Positions 26,457 to 40,549 of a DNA stretch of 64,000 nucleotides are shown here, one piece after another. Positions within the stretch are counted from its first letter, which is position 1. Each line of letters starts with the position of its first letter. Source of the DNA: Vicugna vicugna (Eukaryota). The notes beneath the pieces were generated by a model, which saw only the letters and a list, made by a program, of their open reading frames with translations, was not told the origin of the DNA and ran no database searches. A program made the position numbers and the translations under genes. The stretch is from positions 876,523-940,522 of the forward strand of contig MU058815.1 in the NCBI GenBank assembly GCA_013265495.1, in the 5' to 3' direction.

Positions 26457-26902
26457 TGTCAACTGAAGAAAAACACACAGTCTAAAAGTTTCAAATTATG
26501 CTTTATTCAGGGACCTTACTGAGAACTATAGCCCGGGGACAGGCTCTCAGACAGCTCTACTCCCCAGAGGTAAGGGAGGAGCCAGGGTATATAGGGGTTC
26601 TTGCCAAAACAAATCTAGTCAAACATCAAGAGATCATTGCTAATCACAAAAAGGCAGACATCTCAAATGAATGATTTTAGTACTTTTCTAAGTATGGTGA
26701 GATGCAAGAGTCTGGGCTCATTGAAATTACTCCTTTGACATGCGTCTTGGTTATCTAGGGGCAGTATCTTGTTTTTCTGCAACGTGAGTTCCCCAGGGCA
26801 CACTCTCAGAGGCAGCTGCATGGCTGATGGCTTGATGGGGTGGCGGGGGGCGGGGGGACAGTCTCTGTTTACCGGAAGGGCAGGCTACAGTTTTCACCTG
26901 CA
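26457..26902 (-). mobile_element. Solo ERV1-type LTR (446 bp)
   Basis: TG...CA termini. Perfect 4-bp TSD gagg (26453-26456 / 26903-26906). Antisense poly(A) signal tttatt at ~26503 and tatata at ~26588. Confidence 0.82.
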
Positions 26903-28101
26903 GAGGGAAATAAGAAAGCAAGCCAGCCCAGCCCTCAGGCCCAGCCCCTCTCACAGTCTGCTTTGTCCTGCGTGTCGGCCCACAGCTGGGAGACTATTTA
27001 AGGAGCAGCTGCCACACGCTGCAGCACACAAGCTGAGTTGAAACTGCAGTCCTGCTCTGTCTGGGTGAGGAGTGAGCAGTGGAGAACGAGCAGTCGTTCC
27101 TGCCTTCCGATGGCCGCCACCCAGGGAGCAGACAGGGTGAAGAGGCGGGGAAGTGACATGAGGCCTGGGCTTCGCAAGGCTGGTTGCCGTCTCGCCCTGG
27201 ACCACAGAACTATGATCTTTCTTTGATCTCTAAGCTTCCTAATTGAGGAAGCTTTCTATCGCCTCTTCTCCACTTTGCAGGCACTGGAGAGAAAATAGAC
27301 TGATATTATAGACTGTTGTCTACTGATTTGTGAGTAAAAGAAAATAGTGTGTTTTCCCGATGATTAAGTACAAATCCGTCACTTAGCATTTCAGAAAGCA
27401 GGCTTCATCTTTCAAATAACACTTGCATTTTGAAGTGGTAATGCTTACTTATTTTTTATTTTTTTACTGAAAACGTATTTATTCTATGCTGTACGTTCTA
27501 TTTGATGGTATTTTTGGCATCTAGAAAATATGGGAGAACTGAGACGTTTTTCTGGCCTCAAATGAGTGAACATTATGTTTGGGGAAAATACGAATAACAT
27601 CTGCGAATATGATATTGAATATTAAAAAGGATGATTGGGGGATGAGGTTGGGGTAAGAAGGAAGCTCAGTGTTTTTAACATTGGGGAGACACGTGGAGAG
27701 GATACAAAGCTGCTGCCCTTCCCACATCACCTGAGAAATGACTGATTACATCAGGACGTGCAGGGGCATGAAGTTACCCCTTAAGTTTAAATTCTTTTAT
27801 GATAGATGGAGCCACGTATAAAGGGAGAGTCTTTGGAACGTTTCGAACATAAAGCCATCCAGACAGGGAGGGAGCTTGAAAATTTGGAGGTCAAATGCCA
27901 GCATCAGGAAAGACACAAATTCATGATGAGAGGGAAGGAGGGGAGAACTGCTCCCCCACCGCCGTGTCTAGAGGAGTGATTGGCCAAGGGACCCCCTTGC
28001 TTGTTGGAAGGAGAGTGTAGTGTAGCGGGGGGGATGAGGAGATGTTCTGCATCTTATTAAGGCTGGTCTCTGTCTAGGGCTGAATGTGTGATGGGCACTT
28101 G

Positions 28102-28695
28102 TGAAGGACGATTAATAAATGGCCGCACTTAGGCTAAGAGATGGCTTATTTTTCTGCTCGCTCTTAAAACGGTCAACAAACCTGACCAACCGGCTGCTAC
28201 TCACAGCTCCAGGCCCACTATTAAAACTAAAGCTGTTGATCGTACTGGTTCTACTTTCTTCCAGTAATCAAAAGCTATTAATTATGCTTGGTCTCTGAGT
28301 TGTTCTCCAGGGAGAGGGTCATGGGACTGTAACTTTACAAAATAGCCTGAATCACCAAGAAGACCACACCTTGGGCACTTACAGAGAGATCGAAAGGGGG
28401 GCACCACTAACTTCTATAGCACTGGTCACCTGGAGACACCATGTTGCCGTTCTAAGTCTTCTGAAGAGAAAATCATTCTGTTGCTTGTTATCAATGCTTT
28501 ATTGTTTGTGCTGTGGCTGTATAACCACCGCCCCCCCCATCCCCAAGGTGGGCTCACAGTTCTGAAGGCACTGGTCTGGTGTGGGTCCCCTTTGCCCGGC
28601 GAAGCAATAAAGCTGCCTCTTTCCTTCTAAGCTCCGAGCCCTTGTCTCTGGGTTATTTGGCTCCTCAGGGACGGGGGCCGATCTTTTCGGCCACA
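28102..28695 (+). mobile_element. Solo ERV1-type LTR (594 bp)
   Basis: TGAAGG...CCACA termini. Perfect TSD cttg (28098-28101 / 28696-28699). 'tataa' at ~28520 and aataaa at ~28606. Confidence 0.82.
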
Positions 28696-30249
28696 CTTGG
28701 GCTCACAAGCTGCCTCTTCTCCTGCCCGGCCCCTCCGCAGTCACATCAGCCTTAGGGAACAGCTCAAAGACCCGAAGCAAAAAACAAGAAAGCAATGTGA
28801 AAGGCGCAGGGGTCCACATCTCAGGGAGATCCATCATTTCACATCCAGAGCTACAGAAAGTAAACCCATCAAGTGATAAAGACCTTCAGGAGGGAGTGGC
28901 TTTACTTTGGAAATCCTGGCTTGCTTGCTGTGCTCATTGAAAAATGGTGCAGGAAGGCGGACCCTGTGGGAGAAAAATCGGAAACAAAATCTCCCACATC
29001 CTAGATAACCTCAACGCAAGAGAACAGAACAGAAAGCAGTTTTGTTATTGAATAAGCACATCACAGGCGGTCTGCTAACAGCGCTGGACGTTGCAAAGGT
29101 AGAAAGAAATCCAACCCTCTCATGCAGCCGGGCAGCTAGGACCCATCACGTACATGATCCCAAGAGAAATGACAGTTTTCCCTCAAGCTATAGGACTGGA
29201 CAGCACCATGTGTCACACGTGGTTTATCCCAAGTTCACTTGGTAAGTGGGTGACCATCTGTGTTAGCCAATTGCCTTTATCCAGAGGAAAACTTCTCATG
29301 TCTTTATGACAAGATGGGCTCTGAAGACTGGGAGTCGGGCAGCCAGGCTCTCGTGCTCCCGCTGAGGCTGGGAGACAGGGACATAACGCCCTTTGATAAT
29401 TGCATTTCAAAGAGATCGCTCCTGGGTCTTTCAGAAGAACCTGTCTTGGGTTGAAACAGTGGCAAGAGCCTTGCTTCGGCTTTAAAAGGATTTCTGTGCA
29501 TCTCAAAAGAACAGAGAGAGAATTTACAATTACAAGTTTTCTAAAGTAAATACTCGGGGGAAAAAAAAAGAGATGGGGATTCCTTTTCCCTTTTTTGCAC
29601 CAGAAGCAGCTAATTCTCCTTTTTTTAAGGTTTGTGTTTGCCCTTACAACACTGAAATCCCATCTGCAGTTGTGCTTCCGTGAAGGGAGATTTCCAAGCC
29701 CAGGAGGCCCCCAGGCGTGCCTTGTTTGCCCCACGGAGGACTCGCTTCATTTTTAAGTTTGCTGCCCAAATTTAAATATCAGAAGATTTCGCGTGAAATC
29801 CAGACTGTCTGCATGTCAGAAAACTCAGAATATTTCACAGCAGTCAGCTGGACTGGAAAGGGTCATCCCACCATAATCTCAGAGTGAATTTACTGGCTGT
29901 TAATGAGCTAAATACCACGGCTAAAATCTACATCGCACAGCACGAGGGTGATAACATTTCTAGACGCTGATAATAACCATCATTTACTGAGCACATGTCC
30001 TGTGCCGTGCTGTTTTAATCATCTCTTTGCTCCCCTGGGGAAGGAGGGATTCCCGCCCTGGGGTTATGGGGATGCCAAACGCAGGAGACAGGACAGATGT
30101 GATGGGCAGAAGTTTACTAGCCAGGCTCACAGCCTCAGGCCGGGGGGCACTGCACTCACCGTGCGGGACCACACGGGGGATGCGCTTAGGAACAGAGTGA
30201 ACAACCCCAGGCCGCGGGAGGCGGGCTCTGCAGTGCCCGGGGGTGGCAT

Positions 30250-30660
30250 TGCTGCCGGAGCATAGGTTCCTGTCTCGTGCAGGAAAGAATTCAAGAGTCA
30301 GCGATAGTAAGGTGAAAACAAGTTTATTTAGGGAGAGACACACTCCATAGGCGGAGTGCGGGCCGTCTCAGAAGGCAAGAAAGTGACCACAAGACGTGGA
30401 GTTGTTAGACTTTATGGGCTTGGTAAGTTCACAAGCTAACGAGCGGGAGGATTATTGCAGCTGTTTGGGGGAAGGGGTGGGGATTTCCAGAAATTGGGCA
30501 TCCCCCACTTTTGGACCTTTTAGCCTGTCATGGCGCCTGTGGGTGCACCGTGAGGTTCAAGGTCCACTGGAAGTTGAGTGGTTCTAACCAGCTTGTCGTG
30601 TCCTCAGTTGCTGGGTCCTTCCTTCCGTGGTTGTGCCCGGCCCCCTTCCCTCCTGTCTCA
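30250..30660 (-). mobile_element. Solo ERV LTR (~410 bp)
   Basis: 'gcaggaaagaattcaagag...aacaagtttatttagggagag...cctgtctca' is a typical antisense ERV1 LTR. TSD not resolved. Confidence 0.7.
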
Positions 30661-30899
30661 GAGTGTCCCCAGTTCCCCAAGAGATGTCATTTTCTTGCTT
30701 GAATAATCCTGCAGGCTGGCAGGGAGCTGAAAACTGATCCTTAGGGCTAAGCAGGCGCCGAGCCTGGTCTGTTCGATAAGGAGCATTGTTTGACGAGGGC
30801 ACCTTGACCACAGCAGCAGAAGGTGGATGGAAACTCTCCCAGTTTTATGTCCAATTGATAATATTAACTTCAGACCCATCCTCACACACATGCATATTA

Positions 30900-31030
30900 G
30901 CTGTTTTAGTGCTCATAACACTTCTGTGAAGTAGTCCTGTTCTTATGCCCATTTTGCAGATGGTGAAGCTGAGGCCCTGGGAAGGGAAGTGATTTAACAC
31001 AATCACACAGCTAGAAGTAACTGAATTTGT
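30900..31030 (-). mobile_element. MIR core
   Basis: 'cccattttgcagatggtgaagctgaggc...aagtgatttaacacaatcacacagctagaagt'. Confidence 0.75.
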
Positions 31031-32029
31031 ATTTGCCCCTTCTCCCCTGAAATACTTTATTCTGTATTTCCAAAAAGCATAGCCGTTCTCTTACACAGTG
31101 ATACAATCTTCAATGTCTCCCCCTGCAATCCTTGCTCAAAGCTTATCAGCTGTATCAATAATGCTCTTTATAGCTATTTGTCTTCCCATTTCAGGACCAC
31201 AGAGGGGAGGAGAGTGGGACTGAAAATAGAACTAAAGGGCATGCTTGTGTTTGAAAAAGTTAACATTTACTGCATTTGCACGAAACTACGCCCAGGTTTT
31301 TGTGACAAGCTGATTTGTGGACTTTTGGTAGCCATTACGGAATAAACATATCATTTCTTCTCCGCCATATTGTCTCACGTCCAAGTATCCCATTTTCTCT
31401 GGAGTTACTGCAGGCATTTCTAATTATTCTAAAATTTAGTGCCTGTGTTCTGATAGACTCAGGAGACCGTGTTCATGAGCCCCATCCGTGGAAATCCGAC
31501 TCAGCAGTTCTCAGTGAGAAGTAGGACAAAGGCCGTTGGGCACGTGAGTTACTCCATCAGCATAGTCCCGGACAGTGTGCAGATCTGACCTAGACCCGAC
31601 GCTCTCCTGGCAAGCTTGCGCGGCAGGCGCAGACGTGGATGCAGGGGATGGTTGAGCGGTTTTCCCAGCAGTGGTCTTAAAGCACCTCCACCTGCAGGAA
31701 GGGACCACTCATGCCCAAGGAGTGAGAACCCACTAGCACCCCTCCCAAGACAGAGCTGGACAAACTGCACCTTCCTATTCCTTGGAATCCTTTTTCTCAT
31801 TGTCTGTTCTGACTAGATTTTTCCATTTACACGCTTTGTCCCCAGGCATGTGAAGACCATTAATTAGACTATGTTCTTTTTACAATTTATCAGGATTTAA
31901 TTAAAAATGTTGCTCCTTTTTTTTTTTCTTTTTCCTGGGGATAATGGAGTGCACTTTTGTTTTCCTTTGCTGCGTATCCGAACTGCCCTCCTCTGCTTGC
32001 CGACCCCAAAGCTGTGTGAACCTCAGAAT

Positions 32030-32405
32030 CCTAAAGGGAGACCTGAGCTCTTCCTGACCCCTCCTCCCTGAGCTCTTTCAGTTGGAAGTGTTTTGAAGCA
32101 AGAACATCACAATGTAGAATTCATGCAGAGGTGGTGGTGGGGGCTGGGGTTAAGTCTCCAGCAGACTGCAAGGCCGGTGCGGTGTCCTCTTCTGCATCCC
32201 CTGCCAAGGCCACTAACAATCAGGCTGTCCACAGGACAGGGGTGCTTTGGCTATGGTTCTGGCATCTCAACATTCCTGGTTCTTGCCTTTTCCAACACTT
32301 AAGCCCCTGCCTTCCCGTTGACCCTGTGAGCTGTCTAATATGGTCCAATTAATTTCTTCAGTTGCTCTGGAAACAGTCTCTGTTGTTCATATCAAGAAGC
32401 CTGAT
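32030..32405 (+). mobile_element. Old ERVL-type LTR (LTR16/LTR33-like)
   Basis: 3' end 'ccaattaatttcttc...agtctctgttgttcatatcaagaagcctgat' resembles the family terminus. Confidence 0.45.
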
Positions 32406-33139
32406 TTTCTTTAAAAATAGTCTGTGGTTAAGGTGATTTCATCCGTTGGGTCAACCACAGTTGCTTCACTAATTTTATGTTGTGAGTCTTGGATAGGCAT
32501 TGTGGCAAATGAATCCTGAGCTGAAAATGTCTTGTTCAAGGTCACATAACTAATGAGCATCAGAATCAAGGTGCAGACTTGAGTCTAGCAACCTCTAATC
32601 TCAAATTTTCCTCTGCATGTGCTAGCACAGAAACAGTTGTTGTGGGGAAAAAAAGCATATTGAGGTTTATCCTATTCTCTGTTTACAGCATAGTTGTCAA
32701 TTCCCCGCATTTAAATAAAAATAATCCATAGAAGCTCAGTTTTCTACATTGTCACTCAGCCTAAACCCCATGTGCTTAGCCATCTGTAGAAGGGACCAAA
32801 AGTATAATTTAAGGGGATGTGGATGATTTCCTAGCCAATGTGAATGTAGATGTGGGTAAGAAATAGAGCCAACTTCCTTCTGGACAAAAGGGAGAAACAA
32901 AAATGCACACACAACAAAAACACAAACAAAAACAACAGAAATAATAACCTTAATATATTGCAACCACCCTGATAAATTCTATTACCCTGAGCATTCGTCT
33001 ACCTCCAGGAAATTTTTGTCCCTCTTCATGGATCCTTCTGTATAATCCCGTAAAACCTAAGAGAGCTCGAAAACAATGGATATCCAATATTAGATTTGTA
33101 ATTAAATGTAAAATCAATGGGGAAAAAGTAAGTAGGAAT

Positions 33140-33663
33140 TGTGGCAGGCAGGCACCAGTGTGGCCCCAGTCATGCCCAGTGTTCACACCCTCATGGGATC
33201 CTTTCCTCTTGAATGTGAGCTGGACTGACTCACTTATAAAACAGTGACACAGTTTCATACCCACGGATACAGGAGAAGCCAACAGATGTCACTTCTGATG
33301 TTTTAGTATGAGACGTAGCTTTCATCTTGGCTTTCTCGTCCTCTCCCTTGGGTGCCCGGCCGTCGGGGAGACCAGCTGCCATGTCGTAAGACAACGCTGG
33401 GAAGAGGCCCACAGGAGTGAGCTTGGAAGTGGATCTTCTGAAGCTGTCAAACCACATGCTGGATGAGTAGGCCCCGATGCCTCAGCCCTGGCAAGCCTGA
33501 GATGAGCATAGCAGGGCCGCCGGCTTGACGGAAGCGCTCAGGAGCCTCCGAGGCCGAGGCATTCAGCTAAGCCACTCCCAGAGCCGTGAGGTTATCACTG
33601 CTTGTTGCTTTAAGCCATGAAATGTGGGGGTAGTTTATCACACCTCCCTGAAGAACTAATACA
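33140..33663 (+). mobile_element. Complete MLT1-type MaLR solo LTR
   Basis: TGTGG...AATACA termini, 'ttgttgctttaagcca' motif, 5-bp flanks ggaat/gaaat. Confidence 0.82.
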
Positions 33664-36600
33664 GAAATTAAAACACAGTTAGCAGGTCTACCTCTGACTC
33701 TCCTTGGACTGGAGAAATATGATGTCCCTTCATCATGGTGGGATCTACGTTTTGATGATAAGAATTTTTATTGAAGATGAAAATTGTGTACAAGAGCAAA
33801 GATGGAAAATTAAAAATTAAATTAATGTATGTGTTTCAGCAGCAAATTGAATCATGCAGACACAGCTATAAAGCAGAAGCTGTGGGGGGAAAATGCAGAG
33901 ATTCCAAGTCAGGGTACAGGCAGGACACATGCGCTTAGGGTGCACAGCTGGATTTAGCTGTCCTGGAAATCAAACAGACGGACAAAGCGAAAGGAGCACT
34001 CTCTTGTTCTCCGAGGTTATATCCATTAGGAAAAAGGATATAAAATCCATCACTCTGGAGACAGCCAACGTGGCTGCAGAAATGCAGTGGGTACCACTTT
34101 CATTGTCAAGGTACAGCTTCTTTTTCTCTTGTACCTACCAACTCAGAGGCACCTGCCGTGTTATTAATAATTTTAAGAACTATTAAAGATTATTATTAAT
34201 TTAAATATCAACCTGTTCTCTTTAGCCTCCAGGTTTTTTTGTCCTTTGTGCCATTGGCTGGGCAACTTCGACTTCTTACATATAAAGATGCTACCTGAAT
34301 CCTCCTTGGTCCCTCCCTGCACCTCAGTGGCCATAGAGCAGATCTGCCCATTTTCCTTGATACCAGTTTGAGTTGCAGGAAAGAGTCTGCCCTTGCCACC
34401 ACTCACAGGCGTGTGATGACATTTGCGCCCCTCAGGTCACACAAATTCCCAGCATAAATAAATGAGGCCTTTTTTGAGGCTGAAACAGCTCTCCCTTAAA
34501 TATACTATTCTCTTGACAACCTGCATACTAGTTTTACCAAAATCTCATTTTCAAATATTTGACAATTTAGGAATAATGCTTCTTAACACTTATCTTTCTC
34601 CCTTTGGCTCTGACTACACAGAATTCCTTATTCAGTTGCTCAATGCAAATATCTATATAGATATAGATATATAGATAAATATAGTTATTTATAGAAATAA
34701 CAATGAGTTTATTCAAAGTCAAACCATGACATTAATCTATCACTGGGAAAAGGCAGCTGTTAACACAGCAGAAAGTAAAACCAAAGACAGAACTGGAATT
34801 GACTTAGACAATGAGACACATATAGATGTTTTTTATAGTCTCTAGAAATCTGTTTGAGCAATGTCTCACACCCATCTATGTCCCAATTTTAATTTAAATC
34901 AGATACTTGTGAATCCCTCCAAAGTACTTGGTTTACATTGTTCATTTCTAATCCTTAAACACACACATACCAAGTGTCTGGTTTTTTCCATTCCATTCTC
35001 ACTACAGCAATTATAATTAAATGCAGGGTGTTATGCCCCTTTTAAACATCAGAGAATCGCAACAAAAATATTGAAAAAACATACCCATGGAATTAAGTAT
35101 GGGCTATTGCTTTATTTCCAGTTTCTAAAAATAAATGTGAATCATGGATGCTTGAGATTTTAAAAATTATACATTAGCATAAGTCCTTAGCATTAATATT
35201 TCCTATAGCCTTTTTTTGAGCATGAGCATCTTCTTAAAAGATCTGGACCCACATTGTAAATTTTGTCTCTAAAACGACAGTTACAATTTGACACATAAAA
35301 TTAATATGTGAAGTCAGTTATTGGCAGGGAATCTAGAATGAAACGCATAAATCTAGAGCTTAGGTTGTGAGCTTTTCAAAGCACTTGAGGGCAATTTGTT
35401 AAATTATTGCCAAAGTACAAGAATAGTCTTGTGACCCAAAAGAGCTGAGCAGCTTTGGAAAGTTAAAATGGGTTTCTAGGTAACAGCTGGTTCTCTGGAA
35501 GGATCTGATGAAATTTAAGTCAAGAATATTGACTTAAATCATCTATTCTCGATTTTGATGGAAAAAAAATAAAGCTTTTGGAAATGTTTAGAAAAGAACC
35601 AGACAACTAATGAAATCAATCAGATCTGGTGTTCCCTGGGTGTACTTTGGCTTATGTCTCTAATCGCCAGTGTCTGGATCCTTCCCTGACACCATGGCTC
35701 TTCCATATCTCTGGACCATCTTCAGAAAAAAATTGTAAACCTGATTCACATGGGCTAAGCCCTCCTTATGCACTTCAGCATCGTGACCCTCCCAGGCCTC
35801 GCCCTAGGACACAAGAACTGCTGTTACCCCATTTCACAGGTGGGTAGGCCCGAGCCTGAGGGTTGAGGAACCCAGCAAGCTCACTCACATGGCCTGTGGA
35901 TGGGCCAGTGACTGTTCCACGTTGGTCTGGCTCCCGATTCTTGATTCCTAATCTCTCTCTACAGGAAGACTCTGTAATGATCTATTCACACCGCGAAGAG
36001 CTACCACGGTTGGATTTGACCAACAGTTACCAGCGCAGGTGATTTATGTGTTGCCCCTTTGTGCTCCATGAATTCAACACTTTGCCTAGAAACTCCTCCA
36101 AACCAAGGTGGACGGACCAGAAGTCACTGCGGTGCTATGCTCTCTGGGCTGTTGATCTGTTTAGTCTCCTAGTTAAGAAATTATCACTCCGTTACATTCA
36201 TTAATTCAACAAGTGTACCCTGTGGATGTGATGATAAACCAGAAGGGGATGGTCCTCCTCATGTGGAACTTCCGTCCTAGCCATGAAGACGACCACAATC
36301 CACCACTGAACCACCACTGTGACGGGCGTTAGGAAGGAAAAGTGCTGGATGCCAGTTAAACATTGTTTGGGGCATTCAAGCTGTGATGACTTGAAAGTTG
36401 GGGGAGATCAATATGAAATTGTTGTGTGGGGTCTAAAAGTGGCCACAGCTCTGTCCGTGGACAAGACACTCTCCCCAAGCTTCCTCTTACACTGCCTAAG
36501 CTGTTCCAGGCAAGAAGTGAATATATATGGAAAGCGGGAAAGGTTACAGATAGCCACTCCTGGCAAAACTAAGCACTTAAAACATCACAAGCCCGCGGGC

Positions 36601-37479
36601 TTCCTGACAGTCTCGTTTGTCACAAATGCAGTGCTGTTGGTGGCACACTGTGCTGTGTCGTCACACTCGGCAATGAGTTTAAGAAGCAGCAGGACAAGCC
36701 TGCTCCCCTGTCACCTCTTTCTTGCCTGGGCTCACGTGGGAGCCTGGACGAGCACGCGTGGACCACGCTCAGTGATGCTGAGCCGTAGGAGGGAGACGGA
36801 GCCTGAACCTCCTCCCACATCGGCCATCCTCTGTAGGCAGTAGGTGGGTGTTGTCATCTTTCATGTATTTTTAAGATCCCCTGAGCATCCTCCCAGCCAT
36901 CTGTCAGGTCAGGAAATGCTGTTTGAGGAAGATGTATCTGGAAAGCGAGTCCTTCCTGACAGCCACGAGGCAAGTCTTTGAACAGCATGATTGCTGGAAA
37001 GCAAATTGACCCACAGCAAAATCAGCCCTTTTTTTCTCATGGAAGGTAGTTTCGCTCATAGGTAAGTTTATTCATATAATTCATACAATGTTCCGCCGGG
37101 TTACACTGTTAGACAACTAAAGACAGAGAGTTTTTTATGGCCAGATTACCTCATCCCAGGCCTCTCCTGTGATGTCTGAGCTGGTGGCCCCAATCACACA
37201 TTTGAAATCAATATACTAAACATTGAAAAGGACCCTGGTGGGTGCAGGGGAGAGGCACAGAAGGAAAGAAGAGTTAGGTAAGAGCAGACAAAGCTGTTCA
37301 TTGGAATCTCTTTTACAGATTTTATGCTCTAGCTGTGGCTTTTTTGGGGGGAGCAAGAAATAAATATCTGAACAAAGCCACGTTCTTACAGCCAGGAGAT
37401 TTGGAGGTAATGGGGAAAGGATTTCATGCGACTGTGAAAACCGCTGGAAAAGAAAACTAACGCCAATGGCTTCCACCTT

Positions 37480-37510
<31 letters not shown>

Positions 37511-37514
37511 GCAC
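37480..37514. repeat. (CA)n microsatellite grading into (CACG)n
   Basis: Read directly. Confidence 0.9.
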
Positions 37515-40500
37515 AATACCAAGCCAGCCTACAATCTCCAAAACTACAGTGGCTGAGCTTTGTCGCCCGGTGATGAAGGAAAGATGGCGGCATGTGCCAA
37601 AGGGCTTTTCCGTGGCTGGTAAGGAATGGGATGTCACGCTCTCCTAACATGCAAGGTTGGATTTCAGTGTGATGTTATAGAAATTTCCTAAAGGATACAC
37701 TTGAAAGACACTTCCAGGGAAATGACACTATTCCTACACATTGATATTTGGTGTAATTAAAGAAGTTCATAATAGTGTATTTTGAGTATAAGACGTTTTA
37801 AAGTTTTATAGGCAAATTTTAGGCTCCGATGTTGAAAATATTTATCTTTCAAAATCTTATATGAAACGTGGAATAGATTAAAGAGGTAAGAAACGTGGCG
37901 TGCGTAAGAGGTTCACCTGTAAGTAATCGTCATGTTCCGACTAGACCTGAATAGAGTTGATCACTCATGTCGCTCAGGAAGTTCCAGGTGGAATAAAGTC
38001 ATGTCAGGAACTGATGGAAAGGCTTTGCTGTATTTTAATTCCTGCAGTATTCAGTTAGATACTAGCATCCATGTCACACGTGCAGACTTGTCTTATTTCC
38101 ATGTGTGTCGTCCGGCCATCTCGTCTGAGCCCCAGGGCACGACCAGGGACTCAGGCCAGACCATACTGCACCACAATGGCCTGCGTCAGACACAAGTTCG
38201 GGAACCCCCGCATTTTTGCAATGATTGATCTCACAGCATCTGCCTTTTCTGGCCTCAGTCAAGCTGTTTAATGTCAATCAAATCAATTATTTGGAATCAG
38301 CCCCGAGAATGGTGCTGACAACAACCCATGAGTCTCATCGTAAGCGATAACTCAAGCTGTGTCATGCTTGATTTCAGCCCTTACAGTTAAACCTTACCTG
38401 GCTTTAAAATCTTAAAAAAAAAAAATAAGATGACAATAATGGTTAATTAAACACAAATAGCATAAACTAATTGAGCTCAAGATCGTATTATGGTATTTCT
38501 TGTCCTGTTTTTGTCGTCATTTTCACAGTGTACCCTCGCCACCTCTCGTCAAGCTTTCATCTTAGGCACACATGGTCATGCCCTTGTTCATCTCAAATGC
38601 ACTCGTATCCTTTTCTCTGCACCAGCGTGGTTTGTCATTTTGTCTCTAAATTTCCCCCAAAGTGAAGTATACTTCCTTATAATTAGCTCGGATTTTTTAT
38701 ATGTTTAAGTAAATGGTACTGATACATTTTATAATGTCTCAGATATGTCATCACTTTACAGAAGTTTCCCCAAAACAGGTTATTTATGTGAGAATAGCAT
38801 TCATCATATTTACATTGCAATAAATTCATGTCATTTTCAATCTGGACCTTAGCTTTTTGTCAAAACTTCCGAAGACTGCACTGGAATATTTGATTACCAG
38901 CCTGACTCTTCTAAGTCCCCATTTTCATCCCCTGACTCTTTTAAATGAGGAATTCTGCACTAGAGATGGTTTCCGTGGCTTATGTTCTTTTCATCTGTCA
39001 ATCCAAGACATCTCGTGGGTGCTGGGAGCAGCTTCCCTGTCTCCATGAATTTTCTCTTGCCCGCAGCTCCACTCTCAGCACCTGCTTCTTCTTTCCAAAG
39101 CCTCGCTCCCAGATGGCAGAGCACGGAGCCCCACCTCACGGACCACTGTGTTACATGCCCCTCTGCCCCCTCCTGCCCCTGACTTCCAGGAAAATTCCCA
39201 TGACCACGTCATTCTCTCCAGGCAGTTGTCCCATGTGACTTTTTTCCCCTCAATAAAGCTCTTCTCAGAGTTTAACTCACATTGTCCTAAATGAATTCTG
39301 GAGTTTAGTCTCTAAACTGCCAGCCATTACCTTCTATATGGAAAAATGAAGGGTAACACATTGGATGTATTCTACTCAAGTATTTTAGCAGACATCATTT
39401 AGTTTTATGTGGAAAAGATGATTTTAGTCCTCTGATTGGGCAGACGAACGCAAATGCAGTGATGGTAGGGAGATGCTCCCCGCGACAGTCAGTAAATACT
39501 GAGGAAATACTCAGTAAGAAAGAAATCCTCAGCAGCAGCCGCAACTGGGGATGAGAAATGAGCCCAAGACTTCGGGGAGCAATCATGCTTTCCTTTTCAA
39601 ATAACCAGTATTGATTAATAATCTCACAAGTGATTTAACACCAACATCTTGAGTGAATTTGATGTGCAACCTGGAAGTATGAAGGGGAGGTTGGGAGTCT
39701 GTTGTTGACAGCTGCTCACCCAAGAGGAGAGAAATCAGTTCCGGGTGGTTAGGGGGAGGTTACAATAGCAAATCATAGACTTCTATTATCTGCTTCTCAG
39801 CCCCATTAGAAGCCAAGAGAGCTGCTCAAGTTAGTACGAGATGAGGATCCTCTCCAACACTCTGGGTCAGAGGTACCCAGGAGCCAGTAGCAGGGCTGGA
39901 CAAGACACAGGCAAAGTCCTGTGTGAGAAGCTCCACCTCCCTGAGCACCTGTGGTCCAACACCCGGCCATGATCTGTTGGAGCCACATCTCCTGGGCATC
40001 TTGATTTTTTGACATGCAAGTTCAGCTCAGCTCAGCCCAATAGAGGCCATTTTCTGAGTTTCTCTGAAGGCGGGCATTAGAGCCTAATTTGATCAAGCAA
40101 GAAATGTGATGGCTGAATACCATAAATAATTGAAAATCCATTTTTGATAAAATTAATATGAAAGCAAAAATAACAGATGGGACCTAATAAAAACATTGCT
40201 TGAAAGCTTAGGTACAAAGGTACTGATTGTCATAATTTTAAAAGTCATTAAATCCAAGTGATTAACAGTGAACTTTTTTTTTTTGAAGTTCGGTCTTGGC
40301 TTTCTAATTCAAAATGGTGAATTAAACATGTATGTGTGTGCGTTGGTTTGTTTTCTCATTTTCCTCCCAAAGTCCTACTGAAATGACAGTAACAATGGGC
40401 AGAGGGATCAAATCTGCAATGGTGCTGACAAATGAAGTATTGATGAATTCCTGGTACACTCTGGAAGTTGTAGCCAGAAAGCTGAAGCAGGGGAGGGACC

Positions 40501-40549
40501 CCCCCACCCCCCAGTGTACCCCAACACACACCTCGTGCTTAAGCAACTG

